DNA of 64,000 bases from an uncultured Actinomycetes bacterium. GTDB lineage: Bacteria > Actinomycetota > Thermoleophilia > Gaiellales > JAICJC01. The stretch covers positions 24,756 through 88,755 of the forward strand of contig CAVTSO010000013.1 in the NCBI GenBank assembly GCA_963737445.1. The letters are read 5' to 3'. The notes under the pieces were generated by a model. It made no database searches and was not told where the DNA came from. It was given only the letters and a program-made list of their open reading frames with translations. Both the position numbers and the translations under genes were made by a program. Below, piece after piece: positions 43,227 to 53,182 of the stretch (position 1 is its first letter; the number at the start of each line of letters is the position of its first letter).

Positions 43227-44195
43227 CTATCCGGCGCCCGCCTTGCGCAGTTCGGCCGTGATCGCCGGGATCACCTCGTGCAGGTCGCCGATCACGGCGT
43301 AGTCGGCGTTGGCGATGATCGGCGCCTCCGGATCGACGTTGACCGCGATGATCCGCTTGGCGCCCTTGCAGCCGGCCATGTGCTGGGTGGCGCCGCTGAT
43401 GCCGCAGGCCAGGTACACCTCCGGCGCGATCTTGGTGCCGGTCTGACCGACCTGGTCGGTGTGCGACCGCCAGCCGGCGATAGTGACGGCCCGCGAGCAC
43501 CCGACGGCTCCGCCCAGCAGCGCCGCCAGCTCCTCGGCCGGTGCGAAGCCCTCCGGAGAGCCGGCGCCGCGCCCGCAGCTGACCACGAACTTGGCGTCCG
43601 CCAGGTTGACCCCGCCCTCGCTGCTCTGCTGCACGGTCTCGACCACCCGCACCACCAGGTCGGCTTCGCCCAGCGACGGCGAGAAGCGCTCGACGGCCGC
43701 CGGCGCACCGCCCACCTCGGCCGCCTCGACCGTGTGCGGCGCCACCGTCAGCAGCTTGACGGGGCCGTGCAGGCGCGCGTCCTCGAGCAGGCTGCCGCCC
43801 CAGCGGATGCGGGTCACGGTCAACGGGTCGCCCGCCTCTGCGGCGATGCAGTTCGCGGCCAGCGGCAGGTCGCCGATCGCCGCCGCGTGCGCCAGCACCT
43901 CGTTTCCGCGCTCGCTGCCGGCGGCCGCCACGGCCGACGGGGACAGCCGCTCGATCAGCTCGCCGATGCAGCGTGCCAATGCCACGGGCGCATGGGTGGC
44001 GAGCACCTCGTGGTCGGCGATGTGCGCGGTCGCCACCCCGTGGGCGCCCAGCGCGGCGGCGGCGTGCTCGGCGCCGGGACCGGCCAGCAGCGCGTGCAGC
44101 GGTGCGCCGCCGGCGATCTCACGGGTCAGTGCGATCGCCTGCAACGAGGCGTCGTCGGGCCGGCCGTCCTGATGCTCGACGTAGACCAGCGTCAT
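43227..44195 (-). CDS. etfA: electron transfer flavoprotein alpha subunit
   Basis: C-terminal FAD-binding signature ..VVSCGRGAG...GCSRAV...DQVGQTGTKIAPEVYLACGISGATQHMAG... The ATG overlaps the etfB stop (ATGA). Confidence 0.9.
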   Translation of the reverse strand: MTLVYVEHQDGRPDDASLQAIALTREIAGGAPLHALLAGPGAEHAAAALGAHGVATAHIADHEVLATHAPVALARCIGELIERLSPSAVAAAGSERGNEVLAHAAAIGDLPLAANCIAAEAGDPLTVTRIRWGGSLLEDARLHGPVKLLTVAPHTVEAAEVGGAPAAVERFSPSLGEADLVVRVVETVQQSSEGGVNLADAKFVVSCGRGAGSPEGFAPAEELAALLGGAVGCSRAVTIAGWRSHTDQVGQTGTKIAPEVYLACGISGATQHMAGCKGAKRIIAVNVDPEAPIIANADYAVIGDLHEVIPAITAELRKAGAG

Positions 44196-44956
44196 GCCAC
44201 CAGCCCCGCACGGCGCAGCACCTCGACGACCGCCGGCGCAGCTTCGGGCCCGTGGCCCAGGATCTCCGCCTGCTTGCCCTGCCCGGGTGGCAGCCGCAGC
44301 CGCAGCTTCTCGACGCCGGGCTCGCGGCCCGCCGGAGCGATCGTGGCCAGGGGCTTGCGCTTGGCCCGCAGCCGGCCGGGCACCGACGGATAGCGGGGCA
44401 GGTTGAGGCCCTCCTTGACGGTGACCACCGCCGGCAGCGGCACGTCGTAGACGTCGCGGCCGGAGGCCGTCTCCTGCTCGCAGCGGGCGCGGCCGTCCTG
44501 CACCGTGATGCCCTTGACGCCGGTCACGCAGGGCTGCCCCAGGGCGTGGGCGACGCGGATGCCGATCTGGTAGTTGCCGGAGTCGGCCGACTCGTTGCCG
44601 AAGAAGATCAGGTCGAACTCGACGCCGGCGGCCCGCTCGGCCTCGATCGCGGCGACGATCGCCGCGGCCGTGGCCTGGCCATCGAACTCGTCGGCCGTCT
44701 CGAGCAGGCTCGCGCGGTCGATGCCGAGCGCCATCGCGTCGCGGAGCTGCTCCTCGGCCTCGGACGGGCCCAGCGCCAGCACCACGGACTCGCCGCCGTT
44801 CGCCTCGATCAGCCGAACCGCCTCCTCGACGCCGCACTCCTCATGAGGGCTGATGGTGAAGCCGAGGTGGCGCGTCTGGATCGATTGCTCGTCGTCGGTC
44901 AGCACGATCGTGCCGCCGGTCATCGGCACCCGCTTGGCGCAGACGAGGATGTTCAC
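44192..44956 (-). CDS. etfB: electron transfer flavoprotein beta subunit
   Basis: VNILVCAKRVP...ISPHEECGVEEAVRL...DLIFFGNESADSGNYQIG...LNLPRYPS. The GTG overlaps the upstream stop (GTGA). Confidence 0.9.
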   Translation of the reverse strand: MNILVCAKRVPMTGGTIVLTDDEQSIQTRHLGFTISPHEECGVEEAVRLIEANGGESVVLALGPSEAEEQLRDAMALGIDRASLLETADEFDGQATAAAIVAAIEAERAAGVEFDLIFFGNESADSGNYQIGIRVAHALGQPCVTGVKGITVQDGRARCEQETASGRDVYDVPLPAVVTVKEGLNLPRYPSVPGRLRAKRKPLATIAPAGREPGVEKLRLRLPPGQGKQAEILGHGPEAAPAVVEVLRRAGLVA

Positions 44957-47472
44957 GACCGGATCCGCTCGTTCTCGGGGTCGAAGATCGGCGTCGAGCC
45001 TGCCACCGCGACCGTCACCGGGTAGCGCTCGTTCAGGTACTCCACGGCCAGCTCGGTGCCGACCTGCGCCTGCTCCGGCGGCAGGTAGGCCATCAGCAGG
45101 TGCTTGCCGACCGACGGCCCGGCGCCGGCGCTGGTCACGTACGACCGCCGGCCCCTGCTGTCGGTGAGCGGCTGTCCGTCGCGGGTCTGGATCGGCTCGC
45201 GGCCCAGCATGTACCGCTGCACCCCAGAGGTCGATGTGTGGTTGTCGACGGTCAGCGTGGACATGATCGTGGCCGGCTCCTGGTCGCGGTGCCGCAGGTG
45301 GGCCTGCTTGCCGACGAAGTCCTCGTCCTTCACCTTCGGCCCGGCCATGCCGGCCTCGCACACGTTGTATTCGCTCTCCAGCTCGAAGCCGTAGGCGCGA
45401 TAGCACTTCTCGAGCCGCCCGGTGGTGCCGTAGACGCCGATCCCGACCGGCGCGATGCCGTGCGGCCGGCCGGCCTCCGCGATCACGTCCCACAGCTTCT
45501 GGCCCTGCTCGATCGGCACGTACAGCTCCCAGCCGAGGTCGCCCACGTAGGAGATGCGCGAGGCCAGCACCCGCAGCGTGTCGATCTCGATCGTCCGGCA
45601 GCTGCCGAAGCGAAAGCCCTCGTGGGAGACGTCGTCGCGGGTCACCGAGCTCAGGATGTCACGCGCACGCGGCCCCCAGAGGCCGAGCGTCGTCCACGCC
45701 GAAGTAAGGTCGGCGATCTGGGCGGTACCGTCCTGCGGCAGGCGGTCGGCGAACCACTTGCGGTCGGCGGGCCCGTGGGCGCCGCCGGTGACGACCCGGA
45801 ACAGCTCGTCGTCCAGCCGCATGATCGTGAGGTCGGCCTTGAAGCCGCCGCCCGGCGTCAGCACCGGCGTGTAGACGACCCGGCCGATCGGCACGTCCAT
45901 CTGCCGCACCGCCACGCCCTGCACCGCCTCGAGCGCGCCCGGGCCGGCGACGTCGAAGATGGTGAATGCGGACAGGTCGACCATGCCGGCGCGGTCGCGC
46001 ATCGCCAGGTGCTCGGCGTTGATGATCGGAGACCACCAGCGCGCGTCCCACTCGGCCTCGCGCGGGTTGATGCGGTCGGCGTACTCCTCGAGCAGCGGCG
46101 CGTTCGACTCGTACCAGTGCGGCCGTTCCCAGCCTGCGGCCTCGAAGAAGACGGCGTCCAGCTCCTTCTGGCGGGCGTGGAAGGGCGGCAGGCGGACGTC
46201 GCGGTTGGAGGCCCACTGCTCCGACGGGTGGATGATGCCGTAGGTCTTGTTGAAGCCCTCCGAGGTGCGGGCGCGGACGTGGGCGCGGGTCTTCTGGTGG
46301 TCCCAGAAGCGGGCGATATCCGACGAGTGCAGGTCGATCTCCGACTCGCCGTGCGTCATCCACTCGGCCACCGCCTTGGCGATGCCCGGCCCCTCCTTCA
46401 CCCACACGGCCGCGCACGACCAGAGGCCGCGCACCTCGTGCGTCTCGCCCAGGAGCGGCATCCCGTCCGGCGTCAGCGACAGCAGGCCGTTGATCGCGTA
46501 CTTCACGCCCACGCTCTCGTCGCCGACGATCTCGGGCATCAGCTCCAGCGCGTCCTCCATCTGCTTGTCGAAGTCGGCCTGCGTGAAGGGCAGCTCGGTG
46601 GGCGACAGGGCGGCCTGCTCGATGGACGGGATCTCCTCCGGATCGTGCAGGATCGGCCGGTGCGCGTATGAGCCGATCTCGAGGCCGATGCCGTCCTGGC
46701 GCTCGTACATGAAGGTGTCCATGTCGCGCACGATCGGGTACTCGATGTGGCGCGTGGAGCGGGCGAAGCGCGGCACCGGCCCGATGTCGATCATCTGGTG
46801 GACGGCCGGGGTGAGCGGGATCAAGGCGCCGGCCATGTGCGCGATCGCCGGGCTCCAGACGCCGCAGGCGACGACCACGACCTCGGTCTCGATGTCGCCG
46901 CGGGTGGTGCGCACCCGGCGCACACGGCCGCGCTCGACGTCGATGCCGAGCAGCTCGGTGTTGGCCGAGATCGTGAGCGCGCCCGCAGCGACGGCCCGCT
47001 CGCGCATGATCGTACCTGCCCGCAGCGAGTCGACCACGCCCACGCCCGGCGAGCAGAACCCGCCCAGCAGGATCGTCTCGTCGATGAACGGCACCATCTC
47101 CTTGATCTCGGCCGGCGTCACCATCGAGACGCGGTCGATCCCCCAGGCGTGGGCCGACGACATGCGCCGGTGCAGCTCCTGCATGCGCTCCTCCGTGCGG
47201 GCCACCTCGATGCCGCCGCTCTCGGTGAACACGTCGAGGTCCTGATACTGGCGCACGCTGTCGAGCGTCAGCGCCGTCATCTCCTTGGAGTGGTCGACCG
47301 GGAAGATGAAGTTGGATGCGTGGCCGGTTGAGCCGCCGGGGTTGGGGAACGGGCCCTTGTCGAGCAGCACCAGGTCGCGCCAGCCCAGCTCGGACAGGTG
47401 GTAGGAGATGCTGTTTCCGACGATGCCGGCGCCGATCACGACGGCGCGGGCAGATGTGGGCAGATCGCTCAT
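44953..47472 (-). CDS. dimethylglycine/sarcosine dehydrogenase family protein (DAO FAD domain plus GcvT folate-binding aminomethyltransferase domain)
   Basis: 839 aa. VVIGAGIVGNSISYHL dinucleotide fold, GSTGHASNF (the position of the covalent-FAD His in this family) and a C-terminal GcvT-like domain. Confidence 0.9.
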   Translation of the reverse strand: MSDLPTSARAVVIGAGIVGNSISYHLSELGWRDLVLLDKGPFPNPGGSTGHASNFIFPVDHSKEMTALTLDSVRQYQDLDVFTESGGIEVARTEERMQELHRRMSSAHAWGIDRVSMVTPAEIKEMVPFIDETILLGGFCSPGVGVVDSLRAGTIMRERAVAAGALTISANTELLGIDVERGRVRRVRTTRGDIETEVVVVACGVWSPAIAHMAGALIPLTPAVHQMIDIGPVPRFARSTRHIEYPIVRDMDTFMYERQDGIGLEIGSYAHRPILHDPEEIPSIEQAALSPTELPFTQADFDKQMEDALELMPEIVGDESVGVKYAINGLLSLTPDGMPLLGETHEVRGLWSCAAVWVKEGPGIAKAVAEWMTHGESEIDLHSSDIARFWDHQKTRAHVRARTSEGFNKTYGIIHPSEQWASNRDVRLPPFHARQKELDAVFFEAAGWERPHWYESNAPLLEEYADRINPREAEWDARWWSPIINAEHLAMRDRAGMVDLSAFTIFDVAGPGALEAVQGVAVRQMDVPIGRVVYTPVLTPGGGFKADLTIMRLDDELFRVVTGGAHGPADRKWFADRLPQDGTAQIADLTSAWTTLGLWGPRARDILSSVTRDDVSHEGFRFGSCRTIEIDTLRVLASRISYVGDLGWELYVPIEQGQKLWDVIAEAGRPHGIAPVGIGVYGTTGRLEKCYRAYGFELESEYNVCEAGMAGPKVKDEDFVGKQAHLRHRDQEPATIMSTLTVDNHTSTSGVQRYMLGREPIQTRDGQPLTDSRGRRSYVTSAGAGPSVGKHLLMAYLPPEQAQVGTELAVEYLNERYPVTVAVAGSTPIFDPENERIRS

Positions 47473-47520
47473 GTGGTCTCTCCCGCGCAGGTGCGCGTGG
47501 GGGGTTGCCGGGAGGGCTCC

Positions 47521-47549
47521 GGTCTGGTAGACAACTCATATATCAGACC
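47521..47549. promoter_or_regulatory. nested palindromes GGTCTG...CAGACC and GTCT-ggt-AGAC immediately upstream of the GntR gene (candidate GntR operator)
   Basis: Read directly. It lies in the 78-bp divergent region between the DMGDH-family gene and the GntR gene and contains a GT-N-AC type core. Confidence 0.4.
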
Positions 47550-47550
47550 C

Positions 47551-48195
47551 ATGCAGACCCTGCAACTTCCCACTGAGCTGCTCTCCGAACGCGCCTATGC
47601 GGCCCTGCGCGACCGGCTGGTGTCGCTCGAGATCCCGCCCGGCGCGCCGATCGACGAGGAGGCACTGACCGGGCAGCTGGGCGTCGGGCGCACGCCCGTC
47701 CGTGAGGCGATCCGGCGCCTCGCGCTGGAGCGGCTGGTGGTCGTCTACCCGCGCCGCGGCACCTTCGCCGCGACCATCAACATCACCAGCCTGACCGACA
47801 TCACCGACGTGCGCGTGCAGCTCGAGGCGCGCGCCGCCGAGCGCGCCGCGACGCTGGCCGACGCCGACGACCGCCGCGAGGCCGGCGACCTGATCGCAAA
47901 GCTGGACGCGGCCGAGTCCGGCCAGCGGCGGCTGATCGAGCTGGACGCGGAGGTGCACCGGTTCGTCTACCGCTGCTCCCGCAACCCGTACCTGGAGCAG
48001 GATCTCGATCGCTACCTGAACATGTCGCTGCGGATCTGGCACCTCACCTGGGACCGGCTGCCGCCGTTGGAGCAGCGGATGCGGGAGCACGGCGAGCTGC
48101 TGGAAGCGATCCGGCAGGGCGACCCAGAGCGGGCGCGCGAGATCGCAGCGGCGCACGTGCTGGCGTTCGCCGAGGAGATGCGGGCGGCGCTGTGA
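47551..48195 (+). CDS. GntR family (FadR/FCD subfamily) transcriptional regulator
   Basis: N-terminal wHTH (LTGQLGVGRTPVREAIRRLALERLV) and an all-helical FCD-like C-terminal domain. Confidence 0.85.
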   Translation: MQTLQLPTELLSERAYAALRDRLVSLEIPPGAPIDEEALTGQLGVGRTPVREAIRRLALERLVVVYPRRGTFAATINITSLTDITDVRVQLEARAAERAATLADADDRREAGDLIAKLDAAESGQRRLIELDAEVHRFVYRCSRNPYLEQDLDRYLNMSLRIWHLTWDRLPPLEQRMREHGELLEAIRQGDPERAREIAAAHVLAFAEEMRAAL

Positions 48196-49088
48196 CGCTG
48201 CAGGCGGCACCGGACAGCTGGCTTCCCGGCCGCACGCTGTTCCTCAAGCGCGAGGACGGCCACGAGCTGGGCGCGTTCAAGTGGCGGGGTGCGCTGCCGG
48301 CCGTCGAGCAGTACCGCGAGCAGGGCCACGCATCCGTGGTCACCGCCTCGACCGGCAACCACGGCGCCGCCACCGCCTGGGCCGCTGCCCGGAACGGCAT
48401 GACCGCCGTGGTGTTCGTGCCCGAGCAGGCGAGCGCCGCGAAGCTGGAGCTGCTGCGCGGCCTCGGCGCCGAGCTGGTGGTGTGCGGCGCCGACCTGGAC
48501 GAGGCCAAGGCGGCGGGGATCGAACACGCCGGGGCGCAGAAGCTGCCGTTCTTCCAGGACGGCGCGGAGCCCGCCCAGTACGAAGGCTACGGCGACATCG
48601 CGGACGAGATCCTGGCCGAGGTGACGCCGGGTGCGGTGCTGGTGCCTGTGGGAAACGGCGCGCTGCTGGCTGGGATCGGCCTGCGACTGGGCGCGCGGTC
48701 GCCGGCCACGCGGCGGATCGGGGTGGTTGCCGCCGGTGCGCCGGTGATGGCGCGCAGCTTCGACGCAGGCCACGTGGTGGAGTCGTCGCACAGCGACACG
48801 TTTGCGGACGGCATGGCCGTGCGGGTGGCGATCCCCGTCGCCGTGGACGCGCTGGCGACGGCCGCCGACGAGATGGCCGAGGTCACCGATCGCGAAATCG
48901 CCGAGGCGGTGGGAGCGTTCGCGGAGGCCGGCATGCGCGTCGAGGGCTCCGCGGCGGCCGCCCTGGCGGGCGCGCGCCGGCTGGATGGTCGGCTGGAGGG
49001 CGTCGTCGTCCTGATCGTGACCGGGCGCAACATCGACGACCACCTGTGGCAGCGCGCGGTCGAGCGGCCCGAGAGCTTTCCCGGCTGA
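48192..49088 (+). CDS. PLP-dependent enzyme of the tryptophan-synthase-beta fold (serine/threonine dehydratase-like)
   Basis: PLP-lysine motif GAFKWRGA, followed by TASTGNHG. The GTG overlaps the GntR stop (GTGA). Confidence 0.8.
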   Translation: MTLQAAPDSWLPGRTLFLKREDGHELGAFKWRGALPAVEQYREQGHASVVTASTGNHGAATAWAAARNGMTAVVFVPEQASAAKLELLRGLGAELVVCGADLDEAKAAGIEHAGAQKLPFFQDGAEPAQYEGYGDIADEILAEVTPGAVLVPVGNGALLAGIGLRLGARSPATRRIGVVAAGAPVMARSFDAGHVVESSHSDTFADGMAVRVAIPVAVDALATAADEMAEVTDREIAEAVGAFAEAGMRVEGSAAAALAGARRLDGRLEGVVVLIVTGRNIDDHLWQRAVERPESFPG

Positions 49089-49117
49089 TCGTCCCCGGGC
49101 CCTGCTAGCGTCGCCGC

Positions 49118-49777
49118 ATGAGAGTCGGTTCGGCAGGCGTGGTCGTGGTGCTGCTGGCTCTCCTGAGCGCGTGCGGTGGTGGGTCGTCGGCCGGCGACCG
49201 CGTGGCCGCCTGCCAGCAACGGTATCGGGGCGGCCTGACCGACACCCCGGCCGCCCACCACGCCGTGTCCGAACTGTGCACGCAGGCCGAGCAGGCCGGC
49301 CTGCTGGACGACCACGGCGCGACGACGGCCGACCAGCTGCGCACGCTGTTGAAGTCCCATCCGGATGCGCTGTCCCCGCTCTGCCAGCTGAGCCTGCAGG
49401 CGAGCCTCGGCGCCGACACGGCGGCGGCTGCGCGCTACCTGCCGCCGGGCGGCGTCCACGCCCTCACGGCGAAGGCTTGCCAGAACCTCGGCCCCTTCCT
49501 GACCGACGACGGGCTCGACCAGCACGCGCTGTTCCGCGCCCGCGGGCGAGGGGTGCTGGTGCCGGTGTGCGTGGCCGGCTCGCTGGCGTCGCCCCACAAC
49601 CAATCGCTGCCCTACAGCGAGGCCGACACGCGCAAGCTGCTGACGCGCATCTGCCGGCAGGCCTGGTCGCACGGGTTGCTGCACGCCGACGGGTCGGTCG
49701 ACTCGGCCGCACTGGCCGCGCTGGGCACGAAGATCAGCCGCCAGATGCTGGCGTCCGGCCAGATCACCCCTCAGTAG
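49118..49777 (+). CDS. hypothetical lipoprotein
   Basis: Signal peptide with lipobox VVLLALLSAC. No family recognised. Confidence 0.55.
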   Translation: MRVGSAGVVVVLLALLSACGGGSSAGDRVAACQQRYRGGLTDTPAAHHAVSELCTQAEQAGLLDDHGATTADQLRTLLKSHPDALSPLCQLSLQASLGADTAAAARYLPPGGVHALTAKACQNLGPFLTDDGLDQHALFRARGRGVLVPVCVAGSLASPHNQSLPYSEADTRKLLTRICRQAWSHGLLHADGSVDSAALAALGTKISRQMLASGQITPQ

Positions 49778-49786
49778 GAGAGGTGC

Positions 49787-50044
49787 CTAACGAACCAGCT
49801 CAGGCTGGAACTTGCTGACCTCGACCACCTGGTCGACCGGCACGTTGGCGCGCTTGGCTGCGGCGATGATCTGATCCGGCGACGGCGCCTCGTACAGGCA
49901 GTATGACCTGCGGCGGTCGGCGCTCAGGAACGAGAACAGCCAGTTGACACCCTCGTCAGCGTTGATGTCCTCGATCACGCGTACGTCCTCGCCGGTCAGG
50001 TCGAGCTGCTCCGCGAAGCTCCGTTCGATCAAAAAGAGTGCCAT
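49787..50044 (-). CDS. DUF4242 family small protein
   Basis: MALFLIERSF...GVNWLFSFLSADRRRSYCLYEAPSPDQI is typical of DUF4242. Confidence 0.7.
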   Translation of the reverse strand: MALFLIERSFAEQLDLTGEDVRVIEDINADEGVNWLFSFLSADRRRSYCLYEAPSPDQIIAAAKRANVPVDQVVEVSKFQPELVR

Positions 50045-50066
50045 CCGCCCCCGCTTCTGGTTGGAC

Positions 50067-53051
50067 TCACCCGCGCTCCGTCAGGCCGCGCGTGTGCGCA
50101 TAGCTTGCCGCTTCAGTGCGGTTCGCGCAACCGGTCTTACGCAGAATGCTGCGGATGTGGTTTGCAGCCGTGTGCTCGCTGATGTGCAGCGTGCGGCCGA
50201 TCTCCCTGTTCGACCGGCCCTGCGCGACCAGGCGCAGGATCTCCGCTTCGCGCCCGGACAGGCCGTCGGGCAGCCGCGACACCGCCGGTCCGGCCGGCAG
50301 CAGCCCGCGGATGCGGCCCAGCAGGGCCGGCATACCGATCCGCTCGGCCAGGTCGGACGCCTCCGCCAGCGCGGCCTGCGCGGCCGCGTCGCCGGCCCGG
50401 CCCTGCGCGCCCAGCGTGCGCGCGTACTCGTAGTCGGAGTGCGCCAGCCAGGTGATCGCGCCCATGTCGCGGTTGTAGTCGATCGCGCGCTGCAGGTGCA
50501 GCTCCGCCAGCTCCAGCTCACCGTAGGCTGCCGCCAGGGTGCCCAGGTATCGCTCGGACGATCCGTAGCAGGCCACGCCGTGCCCGATCATCACGTTCCG
50601 CTCCGCGATCGACAGCAGCTCCCGGTAGACCTGCTCCGACAGATCGGCGTCGCCCACGGCGACGCAGGCGTCGGCGATGTAGGTCAGCGACCCCACCCAC
50701 AGCGCGTGCCGGTAGACATCGAGGCCGTCGCTCTGGATCAGCGCCAGCTGGGCGCGCGCCTCATCCAGCATCCCCAGCTCGGCCGTGAGCGCCGCCAACC
50801 CGGGGCGCCACGACCCGCCGCGCCGGTCGCCGCCGGCGAGCACCCGCACCACCGGCGCCAGCTCGGCCAGCCGTCCCTGCTCGCGGCGGATGCTGAACAT
50901 CTGCACGCCGTAGACCCCGGATGCGTCGCGCCCCGTCAGCAGCCGGCTCCACTCGCGTGAGCGCTCGGCTGCCTCCTCCGCCTCGGCCAGACGTCCTTCG
51001 CAGAGCGCGATCGCCGAGCGGTAGTGCTCGGCCACGTGGATGATGAACGGCTGGTGCATGCGCCGCGAGATCTCCAGCACCTCGGCCAGCTCGCGGCCGG
51101 CGGTGCGCAGGTCGCCCTTGCCGATCAGCGCCGTGATCCGCCACTCGGACGCCTCCGCCTGCGACTCGATGTCGCCCAGCTCCTCGGCGATGGTGCGGGC
51201 CTCGGCCAGCATCTCCAGCACCTCGTCGTGGGTGTTTGAGCCGCGTGCCCAGTAGCTGCGCATCAGCACCACGGACAGGCCGGGCCGGTAGTCCATGCGC
51301 CGCGCGATTGCGATCGCCTCGTCCCGCAGCTCGGCGCTGCGCTCGGACTCCCCCACGAGCGCGCGCGCCCGGGCCAACCCTGACAGCAGCAGCACGCGCA
51401 TCGTTGAGTCGCCGAGATCGAGCGCCGCCAGCGCCTCCTCCAGCAGCTCGATCGCGCCCTCGTCGAGCATCGCCACCCGCCAGCAGGCGGTCTCCACCCC
51501 GATCGCGGCGCGCGCCAGGAGATCCGGGTTGTGGAGCCGCCTCGCCGTCTCCGCGGCCGCCTGGAACGCCTCCAGCGAGTCGCCGGACTGGCCGGCCCGG
51601 TAATGGGCCGCCCCCAGCTCCAGCTCGATCTCGGCGTGCGCGGTCTCGTTGTCGACGCCCAGCTCGAGCGCAGTCTGCAGCGGGCCGACCGCCTCGCCGA
51701 ACGCCAGCGCGGCGTTGGCGGCGTCGGCCGCCCGCAGGTTGTACTCGACCGCCCGCTGGGGACCGTCGATGGGCGCGGCGGCGGCGAAGTGGTGGGCGAG
51801 GTCGGCCAGTCCGCGCGCCGTGTCGGCGGCGCCGGACGCCTCCATCGACTCCGCCACCTGCAGGTGCAGCTGCGCCCGCCGCAGGCCCGCCAGCCGGTCG
51901 TACAGGGCGCGGCGCACGAGCTCGTGGGAGAACCGGTAGCGCAGCTGCCTGGCCGGGATCTCCTCGATCATGCCGCTGCGCAGCGACTGCTCCAGCGCGG
52001 CCGACAGCGTGGCGTCGGTGAACCCGCCGCCGCGCAGCACGGACAGGTCGAACTCGGGCCCGGTCACCGCGGCCAGCTCCAGCACCAGTGCCGTCTCCGG
52101 CTGCAGCCGCGCCAGCCGCTGGTTGACCACCTCGCGCACGCTCTCGGGAGTGCCCAGGGCGCTCAGCGGCCGGGTCAGGATGGCGACGCCGTCCACGATC
52201 TCGAGCGCTCCCGTCTCCACCAGCTCCCGCCACAGCTCCGTGACCAGGAACACGTTGCCCTGGGTGAGGCTGGTGATGGCGCCCGCCAGCTCCGGTAGCG
52301 CAGGGCCCAGCGGCGCTCCGGCCGCGCGCTCGACGAACTCCGAGACCTGCTCGCCCGTGAGCGCGCCCACGCGCACCCGTACCACCCCCTCCGAGCGACG
52401 CATGTCGATCAGCGCCTCCGACAGCTCGGCCGGCACATCCGCCTCGGTGTCGCGGAACGTGGCGACCAGCAGCATGCGCGCCTCGGTGGCTCCGCCCGCG
52501 AGGTGCCGCAGCAGCAGCAGCGTCGGGGTGTCCGCCCAGTGCCCGTCCTCGAACACCAGCAGCAGCGGTCGCCGGCGACCGGCCGCCACCAGCAGGTCGC
52601 TGACGGCCGCGTTCAGGCGATGCCGCTCGGTGTCCTGGTCGGCCACGACCGGCTCCGGCAGGTCGCCGACGTGGCTGCGCAGGTCCGGCAGCAGCCGGGT
52701 CAGCTCGCCCCCGGCCGGCCCCAGGTCGTCGCGCAGCTCGGCCGGATCGCTGGCCCGCACCAGCTGGTCGAGCGCCTCCACGAACGGCCGGTAGGGGGTG
52801 CGCACCACGGCGTCGCAGGCGCCGTACAGCACCAGCGCGCCGTCCTTCGCAGCCTGGTGGGCGATCTCGCGCACCAGCCGGCTTTTGCCCGACCCGGGCT
52901 CGCCGCCGACCAGGGCGATGCGGCGGCCCTCGCTCTGCGCGCGCGGCAGCAGCGACCGCAGCGTGGCCATCTCCCTGGGACGGTCCACGAACGGGAAGGA
53001 CGGCTGCAGACGCAGCGGCCCGGGCAGCGCGGAGTGGGCGATGACGTCCAT
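50067..53051 (-). CDS. large ATP-binding LuxR-family regulator (LAL/MalT-like: AAA ATPase plus TPR-like repeats plus C-terminal LuxR HTH)
   Basis: Walker A GEPGSGKS. The C-terminal sequence LSGREAEILRLVAQGRSNREIGRTLHISEHTAANHIRSILRK. Confidence 0.85.
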   Translation of the reverse strand: MDVIAHSALPGPLRLQPSFPFVDRPREMATLRSLLPRAQSEGRRIALVGGEPGSGKSRLVREIAHQAAKDGALVLYGACDAVVRTPYRPFVEALDQLVRASDPAELRDDLGPAGGELTRLLPDLRSHVGDLPEPVVADQDTERHRLNAAVSDLLVAAGRRRPLLLVFEDGHWADTPTLLLLRHLAGGATEARMLLVATFRDTEADVPAELSEALIDMRRSEGVVRVRVGALTGEQVSEFVERAAGAPLGPALPELAGAITSLTQGNVFLVTELWRELVETGALEIVDGVAILTRPLSALGTPESVREVVNQRLARLQPETALVLELAAVTGPEFDLSVLRGGGFTDATLSAALEQSLRSGMIEEIPARQLRYRFSHELVRRALYDRLAGLRRAQLHLQVAESMEASGAADTARGLADLAHHFAAAAPIDGPQRAVEYNLRAADAANAALAFGEAVGPLQTALELGVDNETAHAEIELELGAAHYRAGQSGDSLEAFQAAAETARRLHNPDLLARAAIGVETACWRVAMLDEGAIELLEEALAALDLGDSTMRVLLLSGLARARALVGESERSAELRDEAIAIARRMDYRPGLSVVLMRSYWARGSNTHDEVLEMLAEARTIAEELGDIESQAEASEWRITALIGKGDLRTAGRELAEVLEISRRMHQPFIIHVAEHYRSAIALCEGRLAEAEEAAERSREWSRLLTGRDASGVYGVQMFSIRREQGRLAELAPVVRVLAGGDRRGGSWRPGLAALTAELGMLDEARAQLALIQSDGLDVYRHALWVGSLTYIADACVAVGDADLSEQVYRELLSIAERNVMIGHGVACYGSSERYLGTLAAAYGELELAELHLQRAIDYNRDMGAITWLAHSDYEYARTLGAQGRAGDAAAQAALAEASDLAERIGMPALLGRIRGLLPAGPAVSRLPDGLSGREAEILRLVAQGRSNREIGRTLHISEHTAANHIRSILRKTGCANRTEAASYAHTRGLTERG

Positions 53052-53182
53052 AGTCAGGATTGATCATTGCACCCGGCGATCACAGGCGCACGAAGTGGAT
53101 CAATCCCGGTCATGCGATCCCCTACCGCCTTCGATACCGTCAGCCTCCATAGGCACAAGCGATACAGACCATCGGAGGTCAC

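Noticed and set aside
45659-47539. 626-aa minus-strand ORF and 523-aa plus-strand ORF (45100..46671) overlapping the DMGDH-family gene
   Set aside because: These are shadow frames of the well-supported 839-aa gene. Their composition is dominated by R, G, P, A and D with no domain signatures.
50761-53067. 768-aa alternative-frame ORF over the LAL regulator, plus several plus-strand ORFs in 51-53 kb
   Set aside because: The 994-aa frame carries the Walker A and LuxR HTH motifs. The alternatives are low-complexity Arg/Gly/Ala sequences.
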